This document shows, piece by piece, positions 13,034-26,979 of a stretch of 64,000 nt of DNA. The notes under the pieces were generated by a model, which was given only the letters and a program-made list of their open reading frames with translations, had not been told where the DNA came from and made no database searches. The DNA is from Macrostomum hystrix (taxonomy: Eukaryota > Animalia > Platyhelminthes). Position 1 is the first letter of the stretch. Each line of letters starts with the position of its first letter. Position numbers and translations under genes: made by a program. The stretch lies in NCBI GenBank assembly GCA_950097015.1, contig CATNEN010000007.1, positions 8,618,001-8,682,000 of the forward strand, given 5' to 3'.

Positions 13034-14130
13034 TGACTGCCATCTCCTTCCTATTCAGCGACATCTGAGATTATTCAACTCCGCCGTCTCCCCCTCTCCG
13101 CCATCTCCTCCTACCCGCCATCTCCCCCTCCCCGCATCTCCCCTCCCTCCATCCCCCCCTCGCCGCGATCGCCCCTCCCCGCCATCTTCCCCTATCCGCC
13201 ATCTCCCCTTCCCGCCATCACCCTCTCAGTTTCTGAGTCTCATCGTCTCTACCTTTTTCAGCATCCTTGATGATGAAAATGACTATTTTTCTAAGATATA
13301 TCTTCACCTAAAAATCGATAGACTTTTTGCATGTGCTGCGCGTGAAGCACCTTTATTTGCCTGTACATTTCTGTACTTTTACACAGAATACACTAATGTT
13401 TGTTTTGCTAACTTGCTATTTCTTTTTTTACTTACTTTCTTCTAGTTAACTTCGCAAGTAAACAGAACAGTCCCATTTCGCACTTCTGTTAAACTGCCTC
13501 TCACTGCAACCTCAAGCGACCCCAGGCAGTGTCTACCGAGTGAAAATGTCAGCAGTGAAAGGGGGCAGTCCTTCTGCTTGCAAACGAGTCAATGGCTTCA
13601 CCAGCCGCAATGGAAGAAGTGAATTCCATCAGCTAATTGATAAGCTGAACTGAATCATCACACAGTGCGTTGGCTGTGCAGCTACGGTTTATTTCTCTAT
13701 TAACAATGAGATCAGTTATAATACTATCGCACAAAAGATAAACAGAGAAATTTTTCAGGGAAAAGTTCACAGTAGAGTTTAATATCAGATTCGTGCAGAT
13801 CTGAGAGACTAGCTTCCCTTCAGCAGAATATGTACAGTCGAGGCAAAACAGCTCGCTCTGCGGTGACTACTGGCAGTAAACACACGGGCATTAATTGAAC
13901 TAATGGGGCGGGCGCACTGCACGCAAAAACCAATTAGGGAGGCGGCACGCACAGTGGGAGCTGCCGTGGCAGGATGAAGGATGAGTCATTGCAGGACTAG
14001 GCCAGCCTCTCTAAGTGCAAGCACCTTTCTCCAGTGCTATCTGGCTGGCACTTTTACGGCGCATGCAGCTGACGGACCAGCTGATGGAGAGTCATCGAAC
14101 AGAAGAAGCGCCCTCGATGCAGCGGATGCA

Positions 14131-16269
14131 CTCAGAGTTCGCCCCATGAACCGTCCAGGCGGCTGTCCGACACTCTGCAAGAATAAATGATTATTTTGCT
14201 TTGCTGCTTGTTCAACTGCGGAGTAGGAAAACAAGTCCTATCTCTACAAATACCCCAGTCCCATCTCTACAAAAAATCCCAGTCCCATTTTCACAAATAC
14301 CCCAGTCCCATTTCCACAAATACCCCAGTCCCATCTCCACAAATACCCCAGTCCCATCTCCACAAATACACCAGTCCCATCTCCACAAATACCCCAGTCC
14401 CATCTCCACAAATACCCCAGTCCCATTTCCACAAATACCCCAGTCCCATTTCCACAAATACCCCAGTCCCATCTCCACAAATACCCCAGTCCCATTTCCA
14501 CAAATACCCCAGTCCCATTTCCACAAATACACCAGTCCCATTTCCACAAATACCCCAGTCCCATTTCCACAAATACTATCACCAGAAGCTGTGATGCAGT
14601 ATTCAAGCACATCCTCACTTTCGCCTAGACAGGAACATCTTCCTGAAGGTCTCCTTCACTGTTGTCCTCGGCGACGACTTTCGACGCCTGCCGCTCCCCG
14701 CCGACGTCGTGGACTCTATGGTGGAAGACGTCGAAGCCGACGAGGCGGCGGCAGCCGAGGACGCAGCGTGGTGCACGGACGCCCTCCGGCGGACACCGCC
14801 GACAGAGATGACGTCACCAGCGGAGCGGCTGCGATCGCTGGGTCGGAGTCGGCGGGCAGTCTCTGGACTGATCTGCAAACCAGATGGCACTTTTACATGG
14901 TACAGGTAAGGTACAGGTACAAGTACATTTAAAGTTACAGGTAGGTACAGGCAAATGTACAGTTAGGCACAGGTACAGGTACGTTCAGGCACAGGTACAG
15001 GTAGGTGCAGGCACAGGCACAGGCACAGGTACAGCTAAGTAGGTGATACCTGCGGATCACTTGCGAAGAAGCCGCTTACCTGGAAGACGACCACTCTGCT
15101 TCTGCCGGCGCTGGCTTCCTCGGGTGGCACCGAGCGGCACCGCTGCTGCTGCTGTTGCTGCAGGGAGCTTGCCTGATCCTCTGGCCGCCGTTGCGCCCGC
15201 TTGAGATGGCGCGGCGAGTCCCACGGATGCGCTAGCGCCTCAGGTTGCGTTGAACGGCGGCGCTGCCGTGAGGACTGGCCGGCGATGAGGAAGTGCTGCT
15301 GCTGCTGTTGCTGCCGATCGCCTGAAGGCGCGACCTCCTCCTCCGGAACTGTCGCCGCCGAGTCGCCAGTCCAGGCGGTGGCCTCGGCCAGCGCGCCCTG
15401 GATGCTGCAATTGAGCTGGTCCAGGAGGCCCCGCAGCCGGTCGGTGGCGCTGGTCAGATGGCCGAGGTCCGGGTGGCGCGGGTCCGTGCGGTCGGCCAGC
15501 TGGCGCAGCAAAAGAAGATAGCGTGGCAGCCGCTGCACTGGCGTCAGGAGAAAGGCCGTGAGTTCGAGTCCTTCGCAGTCCGGATGCCGCTGCAGGGTCT
15601 GGAGGAGGTCGCGGAACTTTCTAGACCGTCGGCGGAGTCGGCGAACGCAGCGCATGGCGGCGCCGAACTGCGAGACGTAGCTGCGGTACAGCTGCAGCAG
15701 CTGCCGCTCCCGGCTCTGCAAGAAGCTCTGCACGGTCTTCGCCAGGCTGCACTGCGGCTGCCGTTGACTCGGCGCACTGCAGTCGTCCGAGTCCTCCAGG
15801 CTGGCGAGGAACTCCGCGTGAATGTCGTAGAGTCGGGGCAGCGTGTTCGGGAAGATCAGGCTGCGTTTTGGGGTAAATTTGTTGGGAAGAATGTAGTTTG
15901 AAATCTTAAGGAGAAACAATGCTCTAGATTGCTCATATCCGCTCATATCCGAAATTTGGAAATGGGATGTATGGTCACGTGACCCTCACCAGAGATCCCG
16001 GGTGCTGACGAAAGCGGCCGATCGGAGCGAGCCGCCAATCAGATCGATGAGAGTCCACAGGCAGGAGCAGTACTTGCGCTCCGTCTCCACGATCTCCTCA
16101 CACACTTTGCGGCGCTGGTCTGCAGGAGATGAGCACAGAATTGAGCACAACCTTCTTACAATTTCTTAGATTTCCTAATAAACTGATTAAACTCAACAAC
16201 CAAGGCCAACTTGAAGACGAAACTCACTTTCAATTATGAGTCTCTCATGTGGTGCCACACGCCTAGCCA

Positions 16270-16300
<31 letters not shown>

Positions 16301-19300
16301 ACTGCTTGAGTCCCAGCTATGGCATTGGTGCATTGCTGTGGCTTGGTGCTGGTGCTGGTGCTGGTGCTGGTGCTGGTGCTGGTGCTGGTGCTGGTGCTGA
16401 TGTTGAACCACCTGCATTCCATCTGCAGCAGTGCCAGCATCAGCCGAGTCAGCCACAACAGCCTGGGAGCTGCAGGTGCCGCAGCTGCCGCCATTGCTGA
16501 GTGGCGCCTGAAGTGGAAATTGGGACAATTTGGCAGCGATTTATCAAGGCCGCTCGAATCCCGCCTGAAATAACCTGGTGTCAGTCACGAGGACTAAGCA
16601 ATTGACTTCCTGATCCTTCCCGCCAGAAAAAGATCCCCTTCCATTTCACACCTGCGCAACTCATTTCTGAAGAGAAGAAATAAAGTTTTTTCTTCCAACG
16701 AACCGTGACCTAGTCCTGCAGCCCGTGTACTTTTAGCGCAGTGGACAGTGAATGAATTCATCCGTTGTGAATTCTGCTTGGAATGAATTTTATAATCTTC
16801 AACGTCATTCCCAAGAATTTCGGCTCTCGATTCGTGAATAATTAGTCATTTAGCAGTAGAAAGACCAAGCCAGGGTAGTTAAAATGCCCTCATTTCTCTT
16901 TTTTTTGTATCTCTCCTAAACTATTTAACGAATTGCCATGAATGTCCAGAACACGGGCTAAAGTTTTCTGCTCTAACTGATTAAACAATCATCAGAATCA
17001 CAAAAACACTGGCATCGTCCAGATATTCAACGATTCTCGACGGGGTTGCAAATGCCACAATATAGGAATAATTTTTCTGCTCACAAAACTTTATCCTGTA
17101 ACCAATATCGGCTATCATTGTTGCCTATGCTGTCTGGACTGGATTGCTGATTTTCACATCACTGAAACAAATTGAGTGCTTGCCACCAGGGTCTTCGACA
17201 AGAATCGCTGTACATCTCGACGATGCTGACTCGGACGGCTTTCAGATGGTGGACTTTCACAAAAACCGGTCACTCGGTTTGGGAGCTGTCATGAAGTAGG
17301 CAGTGGGTATTTGAAATATCCCCCCAGGTCTTTCCCCTGGGGGGAAATGGAGTGGTCTTTCTACCGTTAAGGCAGATTAAAAGCGTAAAGTGCATTGGGA
17401 GCTGGCTAATGCCAGTTTTTTAATGAGATTTAAGAGATCCAGGCCGCGACTTCATCGAGGCACTGACCGTCGCCTCCGTGGTGGCCTCCTCGTCCTCACT
17501 GCTGCTGTCCGCATGGGCGAACTGCTCCGCCAGCGCCAGGCTCAGCGTCAGACTGCGTCGCGCCGATTCGGCGCTGTCGCCGGCCCCGTCAACTGCGGCT
17601 CCGCCAGCTTTATTCATGACCGCCGACTTGGCCGACGCTGTGGCGCGGATTCTGGGCTCAGTCAGCTCCGGCTGCGAGGCTGCGGCCAGATCAGTTCCGA
17701 GGCACTGCGGACCTGAACAGCGAGGGGAGCGGGATCGAATGTTTATAGCCGGCAGCTTCCCACACAGGGCCGGGGGTGGTGAAGTGAGCGGGATAACCGC
17801 CAGTTTGCAGTCCCCCCAGCTTCCTCCGCATCTCGCTCCGCAGGGGCGGCCGGGCCGGGCGGGCTTGAAGTGCGCATCGGCAGGGAGGGGGGAAGGTGGG
17901 GCGCCGCCGGGATAACCAAGCGGGTCGGGACTGGAATGCGGATGGGGCCGGGGCGGGGGCGGCGGAGGCCGGATGGGAACAGGCAGAATCATTTGGCCAT
18001 GTTCCCCTCACTGGGACTTGGGATTTGGGATTCTGGACAGGGGGGTGGGGCAAATGATGCGGCGGTGGATAAGTTTTTAAATTAGCAACTAATACCTTTC
18101 TGGCCCCTCAATGCACATTCGTGCCTACCTATCAGTAGGCTGCCTCGGTTGCTCTTTCTAAATTTGTGTCTCATAAATATACTTTATAATAGCAAAGTAG
18201 ACTTTATTGTTATTGTGCCTGAAAAGAAATTTATGAAAATTGACTCAAAATTGACTCAAAACCTCGAGCTTGACTCTCCAGTGAAGAGGAAGCACTCTCC
18301 TCTTCTGCAGATCCCAGATCCCGTGACCGGCTCTGGCTTATTGGGATATCAATAATATAATGAGGCGGCTGTATTCATGCAAGGCCGAGGACAGGAAGGC
18401 CGGGTTGTTGTTGGGAATAATGGGAGGGGATTTTCGCCCCACCCCGGCCTCCCCTAAGCGGCAGTTGAACTCGTCTCTCAGCCAGCCACTTCGGTCTCTC
18501 CACGCCTCGGATTACGTAATGCAGCGGGGAGGGTTGACGAGAGGGTCGGGATTCGGCCCGATAAGCGAGACAGGCAGGCCGCAAGTTTATTTCTGCCAAC
18601 ACAGCCACCAGAGCTGGCACTGGACTGCACCCATTAGCATACGAATCAATCAAGGCTCTCTCTCTGTGTATGCTGCGACTGCGAGTGTTGGGGCTCGCGT
18701 CACAGTCCAACTCCTTGGGAGGAATTCGCCAATATTACTAGCAATAACTCGGCCGGCCCACTCAGTTTTATTGCCGATTCTTTATTTCCTTCGATGTCTC
18801 ATTCGCCCTCACTCCATTTCACCTCCGGCTCTCCGCACGAATTTCTGACCCTGCTCGTCAGCTGCAGCACAACTGCGCATCCGGGTCAAAGAACTGCTGA
18901 CAGCCTTGCAACAGCCTTGCAACAGCATTGCGACAGCCTTGCAACCGCATTGCAACAGCATTGCAACAGCCTTGGCTGCTAGTGCTGCGATTCTCTATCA
19001 GTGATTCTCCTGCTGTGATTTTCCTGCTGCGATTCTCCTGCTGCGATTCTCTTGAAGTGATTCTCCTGCTGCGATTCTCTTGAAGTGATTCTCCTGCTGT
19101 GATTTTTTTGTTGCGATTCTCCTGCTGTGATTCTCCTGCTGTGATTCTCCTGCTGCGATTCTCCTGCTGCGATTCTCTTGCTGCGATTCTTTTGCTGCAA
19201 TTCTCTTGAAGTGATTCTCCTGCTGTGATTCTCCTTCTGTGATTCTCCTGCTGTGATTCTCCTGCTGTGATTCTCCTGCTGTGATTCTCCTTCTGTGATT

Positions 19301-21424
19301 CTACTGCTGTGATTCACCTTCTGTGATTCTCCTGCTGTGATTCTCCTTCTGTGATTCTCCTGCTGTGATTCTCCTTCTGTGATTCTCATGCTGTGATTCT
19401 CCTTGTGATTCTCCTGCTGTGATTCTCCTTCTGTGATTCTCATGCTGTGATTCTCCTGCTGCGATTCTCCTGCTGTGATTCTCCTGCTGTGATTCTCCTT
19501 CTGTGATTCTCCTTCTGTGATTCTACTGCTGTGATTCACCTTCTGTGATTCTCCTGCTGTGATTCTCCTTCTGTGATTCTCCTGCTGTGATTCTCCTTCT
19601 GTGATTCTCATGCTGTGATTCTCCTTGTGATTCTCCTGCTGTGATTCTCCTTCTGTGATTCTCCTGCTGTGATTCTCCTGCTGCGATTCTCTTGAAGTGA
19701 TTGTCTTGCTGCGATTCTCTTGCTGCGATTCTCTTGCGGTGATTCCCAGCCCAGAGAAAATGTTCAAGTCATTGAAGTTTTACCCAGCTATAAAACTGTG
19801 TACTAGAATGGCTTGGGTAGAAACTCGGGAGACATCCCGTCCATGGACGGGAGGCTGGCTGTGACATGAGCTCCGGGTCGGAAGCCAAATGTCTGTTGCT
19901 GCCCTCCCACCGCCATCAATTCTGAGGCCGTGCGCGCATCGCGAGATCCCGTGGGAATTTTATAGCGGATGGGCCAGCAGCAAGTGAGCTAACTAGGTTT
20001 GGGAGTTGAGCTTGGCGGCTCCATGTTTTGGCCATTTTTGCTGCTTCTTGTTGCATCGGCTGAACAACGAACTTTTCATGACTGGTTGAGGCTGGGCAGA
20101 AGAGCAAAATTGTCTGCCGAGTTAATCGATTTCGCCGCTTCCAAATCTTCTCGACCAGTCACGGTTCTCTGATCTTATCCCTCGCTCCTAATCCCACTAA
20201 GCCTAAACCACGAGTTTATCTCATCGAAATCAAAATCCCAGACTGTGAAGTTCATCCCGAACTTTGAATACGATGTTATTCGACTATAGTTAAAGGGCAA
20301 TTTAATTTAATCCCAAACCTGGCTGAGTAATTTAGTCAACTGAATGATTCAGATGTTATCACCTACGAGTATATTCTATCCTACCTTCTCATTAATGCTG
20401 AGTCACTTCTGTAGGTCAGTCCTGGACGAGTAATCAATGAAAGCTGAGCTAACTCTCACCCGAATTGTTGCCGTGCGCAGTGCGGCTCAGCGGAGGCGGT
20501 GGCCACGAGTCTTCGTCGCTCCCATCGGCCCCGATCCCCGAGAGCGTCCCGGTCGAGTCCCACTGGCTGCAAGCAGTGAGGATTGAGACACGTCACGCCA
20601 CACGCAACACAATAATAATAATAATTTAATACACCTGCCCCAATCGACTGCTTCAGTTCCTCAACTGTTGAATGGGTACCAGCATGCTGAGGAACTGAAG
20701 CAATTCAATGCTAAGTGTCTAGCTAACGGACACAATTTTTTCCAGTAGAGTCGGGAATCGAACCTCCGACCTTTAAGTCGTGAGTCGGACACTCTAACTA
20801 CTGGGCTACAACCCTCTATCTACAATGTTGAAAGCAGACCTGTTTGAAGAAGAAGTGTCTGTGGTAAAAAGTGTACACTGGGCGTGTAAGGCTGGAAAGG
20901 CTGTCTGAGCTATGGCTAGCTTTGAGCTACGTTCTTTTTATTTCCCCCAGACGTCGGTGAGTTCTCTATGGTAAACGTTCCGTTTATCCTCCCTGGGCGA
21001 GCGGGAAATAAATCATTTATTTCCCGGGGCAAATAAATGAAATGCTTTAAGACATAGACTGCGTTGGCGGGCAAACGGGGGAATACATGCGAATATGCGA
21101 ATATGCGAATACATGCGACATAATCAGAGTAGATGCGATGCAGTTCACAAAGCTATTTTTCATGCTCATTCCACTGAGCCAGTGTGAGCAGGGGACTCAC
21201 CGGTACTCGGAGTCCAGCCGCGACTCCCCGCAGTCCGGCGCCTCGATCCTGGCCTGTTCAAAGGTGAAGCAGAGGAAGCTGATCAGGCGGTCCACAGTCA
21301 GCAAGAGGAGCTCAGCCAGCTTCGCCAGCATTAGCAGCGGCCACGAGAGCATGGCGATGAAGCCGCTGTCACAGTCTCCTGTCATGGCTGATTCTGGCGA
21401 TGTCTGAAGCTCATTCTGGCCCAT
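14131..21424 (-). CDS. Multi-exon Dbl-homology (RhoGEF) domain protein
   Basis: Phase-consistent exons: about 21405-21200, about 20567-20460, 17712-17468, 16507-16228, 16119-15990, 15860-15080, 14872-about 14618, and probably about 14175-14131. DH motifs: RRKVCEEIVETERKY, LYRSYVSQF, LTAFLLTPVQRLPRYLLLLRQL..T..HPD. Terminal exons are less certain than the DH core. Confidence 0.8.
14233..14576. repeat. 22-bp minisatellite CCCAGTCCCATTTCCACAAATA
   Basis: About 15 copies. Confidence 0.95.
16855..17366 (+). mobile_element. MITE with TIR CAGTAGAAAGACCA
   Basis: CAGTAGAAAGACCA ... TGGTCTTTCTACCG followed by TTAA. Internal homology to other copies. Confidence 0.75.
18985..19745. repeat. 14-bp minisatellite GATTCTCCTGCTGT
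   Basis: Many variant copies. Confidence 0.95.
20610..20815 (-). mobile_element. tRNA-derived SINE (same family)
   Basis: Minus strand reads GGGTTGTAGCCCAGTAGTTAGAG...GGTTCGATTCCC, with a (TTA)n tail. Confidence 0.65.
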
Positions 21425-22394
21425 GGGACTCAGTCTCAGCCCAGTTGCTGGCGGCTGACTTTGCAATGCCTGGCTTGGAAAGCCATATAAAGATTCCCAG
21501 ACAGAGCAAGGGAATATGAGGGCCGTGGGGGAAGGGGACAGAGGGAGACAACTGAAGGAAAGGAAGGCCATTGGCTTGGCAGCGTTCTGCCTGCAGTCAA
21601 TGTACACTTCGCTGGGTTGTGGGCGGAGTTTGTGCGGGCTGGTTTGGGGATGGCCTTGGGAAGATAATGTAAAAATCCCTCGCACTCTCTTCCCAGTTCT
21701 CCCACAGCAGGGCTGACGTCACCGCACAGAACTGCGTGGAGGGGTATTTGCCTCAGAGTCTCCCGAAACGACACCTCAAGTAGCGATTGGGGCGACTCGA
21801 TGCGACTCAATGCCCCCATCGTGCATTTTTGTCTCGCCCAGCCGCACCGCGAGTCACCCAAAGAAATCGATCCCGGGCCGTTGCGAGTAAGCTGGCGGGA
21901 AAGTGTGTGAATATTGGCATTTGCTTCATCAGCCCTCAAGTTCCACACGACACCCAGACTGTGAAGCCGGTTTGCGAATTTCAAGCATTGTTCTGAAGTA
22001 GCAAGGCTGGTCTTGGCCAGAAATTCTAAAGCCTTACATTTTATTTCGTGCATTTGTTTCATTAAAAAGCAAAATATTGTTTTACATTTCAGCCTGCCTA
22101 TTTTGGCTAGAGAGCTGTGCCTGAAGGATATTAGAGAAATTTAGCATTTATGTCTAGCAAAACACAACCTTAAAAAGTTGCGCTGCTCAAAGCATTTGCA
22201 TTGTTCGATTATACCACACAGAACTCGTAGCTGCTAACTTGTACGAGTAGAAAACATCACTGCCCAGCCAATTAACGCCTCAACTTTTGAAAATTTCGAC
22301 ATTTAGGAAAGGCTTCAGCATCGCAACATTTTTAGTCTAGGTCTGGAAGATGAAAATTTTGCTTTTCTTGAACTTCCTTAACTTAAGAAACTAA

Positions 22395-22896
22395 GTTAAC
22401 TACCCCCCCCCCCCCGATAGAAAGGCCACGGGGTATTTACCCAGCTCCCGAACCGAATAACCGATTCGCGTGCAAGTCCACCAGACTCGCCCTTTACGAT
22501 GAACTAAAGCACTTTCAAAGCCGTCTAACGTCAGCATCGTCGAGACATTCAGCGATTTTTGGCGAAGAACCTGGTGACAAGGACAACTGACATTGCTCAG
22601 TATAGACCTTCTGTGGCGAATTCATACTGGTCCAATAATCTAAATGGTTACGAGCTACATGATGAAATATTGTGAGCATGCCGAAATTGGTGGCTTTTGC
22701 CACTAGTCACCCCATCCACAGTCGTTGAATATCTCGACGATGCCAGTGTTTTTGTGATTCTGATGATTGTTTAATCAGATGGAGCGGAAGTTTTACGGCG
22801 GGTTCTGGATTTTCATGGCAATTGGTTGAATACTTTAGGAGATACAGAAAAAAGAAATGTGGGTATTTGAAATACCCTCCCCTGGTCTTTCTACTG
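22395..22896 (-). mobile_element. MITE copy (same family)
   Basis: Ends TGGTCTTTCTACTG. Internal GAATATCTCGACGATGCCAGTGTTTTTGTGATT is the reverse complement of the family core. Confidence 0.7.
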
Positions 22897-23257
22897 CTAA
22901 AGCACAGCCCACTAGTTCAAGCAGGTATTGGCAGCTTCAGCTGAGGTGTATATAACTCATTTCGCTTTCTAATGAAACAAATACTTTCTAAATCTGCTTC
23001 TTTAACTTTTGTTCAAGACAGGTGTGTACATCTGCCCTGACTTTCTCATCGTCAGGCAGTGTACATTCCACTGTGCCTAAGAGATTGGCCCTCAAGGGCG
23101 TAAATTGCACGCCAAGCCCCCAAGCCTTCCGCGGCTGCGCTACCAATGAATGTCGCCTCGCCGTGGAATCAAACTTAGGGACCGTGGTGCGAGAGGCAAA
23201 CGCGTTAACCGCTCTGCCACCGACCCCCTAGCTGGCGGCTTTGGTTACTGCTTAATT

Positions 23258-23772
23258 TGTGGTGGCCCAAATACTAATATCTGTGGTGGCCCAAATACTA
23301 ATATCTGTGGTGGCCCAAATACGAATATCTGTGGTGGCCCAAATACTAATATCTGTGGTGGCCCAAATACTAATATCTGTGGTGGCCCAAATACTAATAT
23401 CTGTGGTGGCCCAAATACTAATATCTGTGGTGGCCCAAATACTAATATCTGTGGTGGCCCAAATACTAATATCTGTGGTGGCCCAAATACTAATATCTGT
23501 GGTGGCCCAAATACTAATATCTGTGGTGGCCCAAATACTAATATCTGTGGTGGCCCAAATACTAATATCTGTGGTGGCCCAAATACTAATATCTGTGGTG
23601 GCCCAAATACTAATATCTGTGGTGGCCCAAATACTAATATCTGTGGTGGCCCAAATACTAATATCTGTGGTGGCCCAAATACTAATATCTGTGGTGGCCC
23701 AAATACTAATATCTGTGGTGGCCCAAATACTAATATCTGTGGTGGCCCAAATACTAATATCTGTGGTGGCCC
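23258..23772. repeat. 24-bp minisatellite TGTGGTGGCCCAAATACTAATATC
   Basis: About 21 near-perfect copies. Confidence 0.95.
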
Positions 23773-23989
23773 GCAGTGTTACTCACAATGTTGAGTATTC
23801 ACTTTGCGCTCAGTAAGTCAGCGTATAAACGGTCTCTCAGGAAATAAAGGCGAGACAAATTTCTGAAGCCTTCCAATAAATCATGGCTATTTTTTCCCAA
23901 AATATATCTTTCTCCTGCCAGTACGAATGCAGGTCCCACAAGACCCCACCAGCCTCACAAGTCCTCCCCTGACACTGCTTTTCCATTTT

Positions 23990-25800
23990 ACTGGCACTGG
24001 CACAGTTCCAGGACAGCTGCAATGCTAGCAAGCTGGCGAGCGAGCAAAGAAACTGCATCTGCAACATTTTCGATAACATTCAGGCGATAACTGTGGCCTC
24101 ACTGAAGGATCAGGGGATAACTGTGGCCTCACTGAAGGATCAGGGGATAACTGTGGCCTCACTGAAGGATTTGGGGATAACTGTGGCCTCACTGAAGGAT
24201 CAGGGGATAACTGTGGCCTCACTGAAGGATCAGGGGATAACTGTGGCCTCACTGAAGGATCAGGGGATAACTGTGGCCTCACTGAAGGATCAGGGGATAA
24301 CTATGGCCTCACTGAAGGATCAGGGGATAACTGTGGCCTCACTGAAGGATCAGGGGATAACTATGGCCTCACTGAAGGATCAGGGGATAACTATGGCCTC
24401 ACTGAAGGATCAGGGGATAACTGTGGCCTCACTGAAGGATCAGGGGATAACTGTGGCCTCACTGAAGGATCAGGGGATAACTGTGGCCTCACTGAAGGAT
24501 CAGGGGATAACTGTGGCCTCACTGAAGGATTTGGGGATAACTGTGGCCTCACTGAAGGATCAGGGGATAACTGTGGCCTCACTGAAGGATCAGGGGATAA
24601 CTGTGGCCTCACTGAAGGATCAGGGGATAACTGTGGCCTCACTCAAGGATTGGCGGATACCTGTGGCCTCACTGAAGGATTTGGGGATAACTGTGGCTTC
24701 ACTGAAGGATTTGGGGATAACTGTGGCCTCACTGAAGGATCAGGGGATAACTATGGCCTCACTGAAGGATCAGGGGATAACTATGGCCTCACTGAAGGAT
24801 CAGGGGATAACTGTGGCCTCACTGAAGGATCAGGGGATAACTATGGCCTCACTGAAGGATCAGGGGATAACTATGGCCTCACTGAAGGATCAGGGGATAA
24901 CTGTGGCCTCACTCAAGGATTGGCGGATACCTGTGGCCTCACTGAAGGATCAGGGGATAACTATGGCCTCACTGAAGGATCAGGGGATAACTGTGGCCTC
25001 ACTGAAGGATCAGGGGATAACTATGGCCTCACTGAAGGATCAGGGGATAACTGTGGCCTCACTGAAGGATCAGGGGATAACTGTGGCCTCACTGAAGGAT
25101 CAGGGGATAACTATGGCCTCACTGAAGGATCAGGGGATAACTGTGGCCTCACTCAAGGATTGGCGGATACCTGTGGCCTCACTGAAGGATCAGGGGATAA
25201 CTATGGCCTCACTGAAGGATCAGGGGATAACTGTGGCCTCACTCAAGGATTGGCGGATACCTGTGGCCTCACTGAAGGATTTGGGGATAACTGTGGCTTC
25301 ACTGAAGGATTTGGGGATAACTGTGGCCTCACTGAAGGATCAGGGGATAACTGTGGCCTCACTGAAGGATCAGGGCCAACTGCTCGCTCTCTGTGTACTA
25401 AGTAATGCCTCGAGTCGTTTTCCCGCAGAGGCCCAGCCACTGAGAGGTCTGCAGTGTCCGCGGCTCACCCTTATGTCCATCAGTGACAGCCGCAGGCTGT
25501 GCACCTGGCTGCAGATCCTGGCCCTGGCAGCTCGCAGGCCTGGCGTCTCCCGCTGAGAATCAGCCGCCCAGTCCAGGTGAAAGTTGCGCAATGAGCTCAG
25601 AGCACAGGCCAGCTGCACCTCGGCGGCCTCCATTTTCAGATTTTCGTTTATGGTCAAACCCTAGAATAGCATAGCTGGGTGCTGCCACTGCATATTTGCT
25701 TATTTTATAGCCTTGCAGCCACAGGGTGAGGGAAAGCAGTGAATAACTGGTCCATCTTTTCTGTCGTGTGCCTGCGGATCCGTGCTGCCCAGTCCATGGC
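23990..25800 (-). CDS. Possible small multi-exon gene of unknown function, with a 30-bp satellite in an intron
   Basis: Exon-like GC-rich segment at about 25660-25380 (KMEAAEVQLACALSSLRNF...LLSTQRAS) can splice in phase 1 to about 24058-23990 (NAVSLLARQLASIAAVLELCQCQ*). No recognisable domain. Confidence 0.3.
24086..25375. repeat. 30-bp minisatellite GATAACTGTGGCCTCACTGAAGGATCAGGG
   Basis: About 43 copies with recurrent variant units and no spacers. Confidence 0.95.
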
Positions 25801-26979
25801 TCCTCTCTCTCTTCTTCTATCTGCAGCATCACAGCCCACCAAACAGCACAGAGACGAGGTCTTGCCCAGCTTTCTTCAAAAATTCAGCTTTGCGTGGGCG
25901 GAGTTTTTGCCGGCCAGCTGGGGCGAGGGTGCAAATTGTTTATCATATGCGGAAAAAAGTTGATTGAACTGATGCGTACAGTTTTCAGATGATTAGCTGA
26001 TGTTTCGGATAAACAGATTTGGCGGCTCAAGAGTCAGGCGAGATCCTGCCGAGTAGCGCAGGCATCCGCAAAAAGTTCTTTAATAAAAAGGAGCTGTCTG
26101 CCTCAGTTAAATAATCCGGATTGTCCTATACTTCAGAGGAAAAAAAACTAAAAAAAATACAAAACGCACCAGGCCTACTAGAAGTAGCAACGATAGGGCA
26201 TTTGACTTTGTTTCCTTGATCCTGACTTTGATCCTTTGATGCGCTCAAATTCGAAATTCTCACTTGAGGTTTGGCTTCTGGCGTTCCGCCCCCATCCAGC
26301 TCCAGTTTAGAATTGAACTGTGCATGGGATTTCAGGCACGGGACTCGGTCCTCAATAAGAGAGAGCGCTGCGTTGTCACAGCAACAAGTGCTGCCCAGGT
26401 CTCTGATGCTAGAAAAAAACTTAATAGCAGTTGAGCGAGGCTGACATGCTTTAGAAAGCAGGAGCAGACAGAAGCTGCATCTCAACGCGGCGTGAGGCAC
26501 TGCGGAAATCAATACAACCAACAGCATGAAAACCGAGGAGAGGAAATTCTAGCAAATTGGCATTCATCCGGTTTGCAAACCATGAAACCACTCAGGAGCC
26601 CCTGCTGTTCAGCCGTGTCTTCATGAGTAAGCAGTCTATGCAAGCAGTCAGCAGCAAAAGTACAACCAGGAAGCGCTCAAACCATCTCACCTGGCATTCC
26701 CGCCATCCTCTGACTTGTTTCGCATGATAAAAAAGGCTGCGACCGAGTGGAGCTCGCATTGGCCAGAGCTCACGAACCAATGAAATGTCTGCATCATGGC
26801 AGTTGCGTGATTGTGTTAAAATACAACAAAATTGGAAGCAGCAATAGGATGATAGTCTAATAGTGAGTTGTTGAGACCTACTGACCTGCAGACCAACCTA
26901 TATTTCGTAAGAAAACGGCAGTATGTAAGTATTTTAGCCTCTGCAATTAGTAATTTTAATTCCGTCCTATGAAAAGGCA

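Noticed and set aside
6631-23816. Repetitive ORFs over minisatellites (6631-7185, 8578-9666, 14187-14618, 18979-19767, 23150-23816)
   Set aside because: They are translations of intronic or intergenic tandem repeats, open in several frames, with no splice or domain support.
24086-25375. 30-bp repeats as a CRISPR array, or the 487-aa repeat ORF as a protein
   Set aside because: Units are contiguous with no unique spacers, the context is eukaryotic, and the ORF follows from a stop-free unit length divisible by 3.
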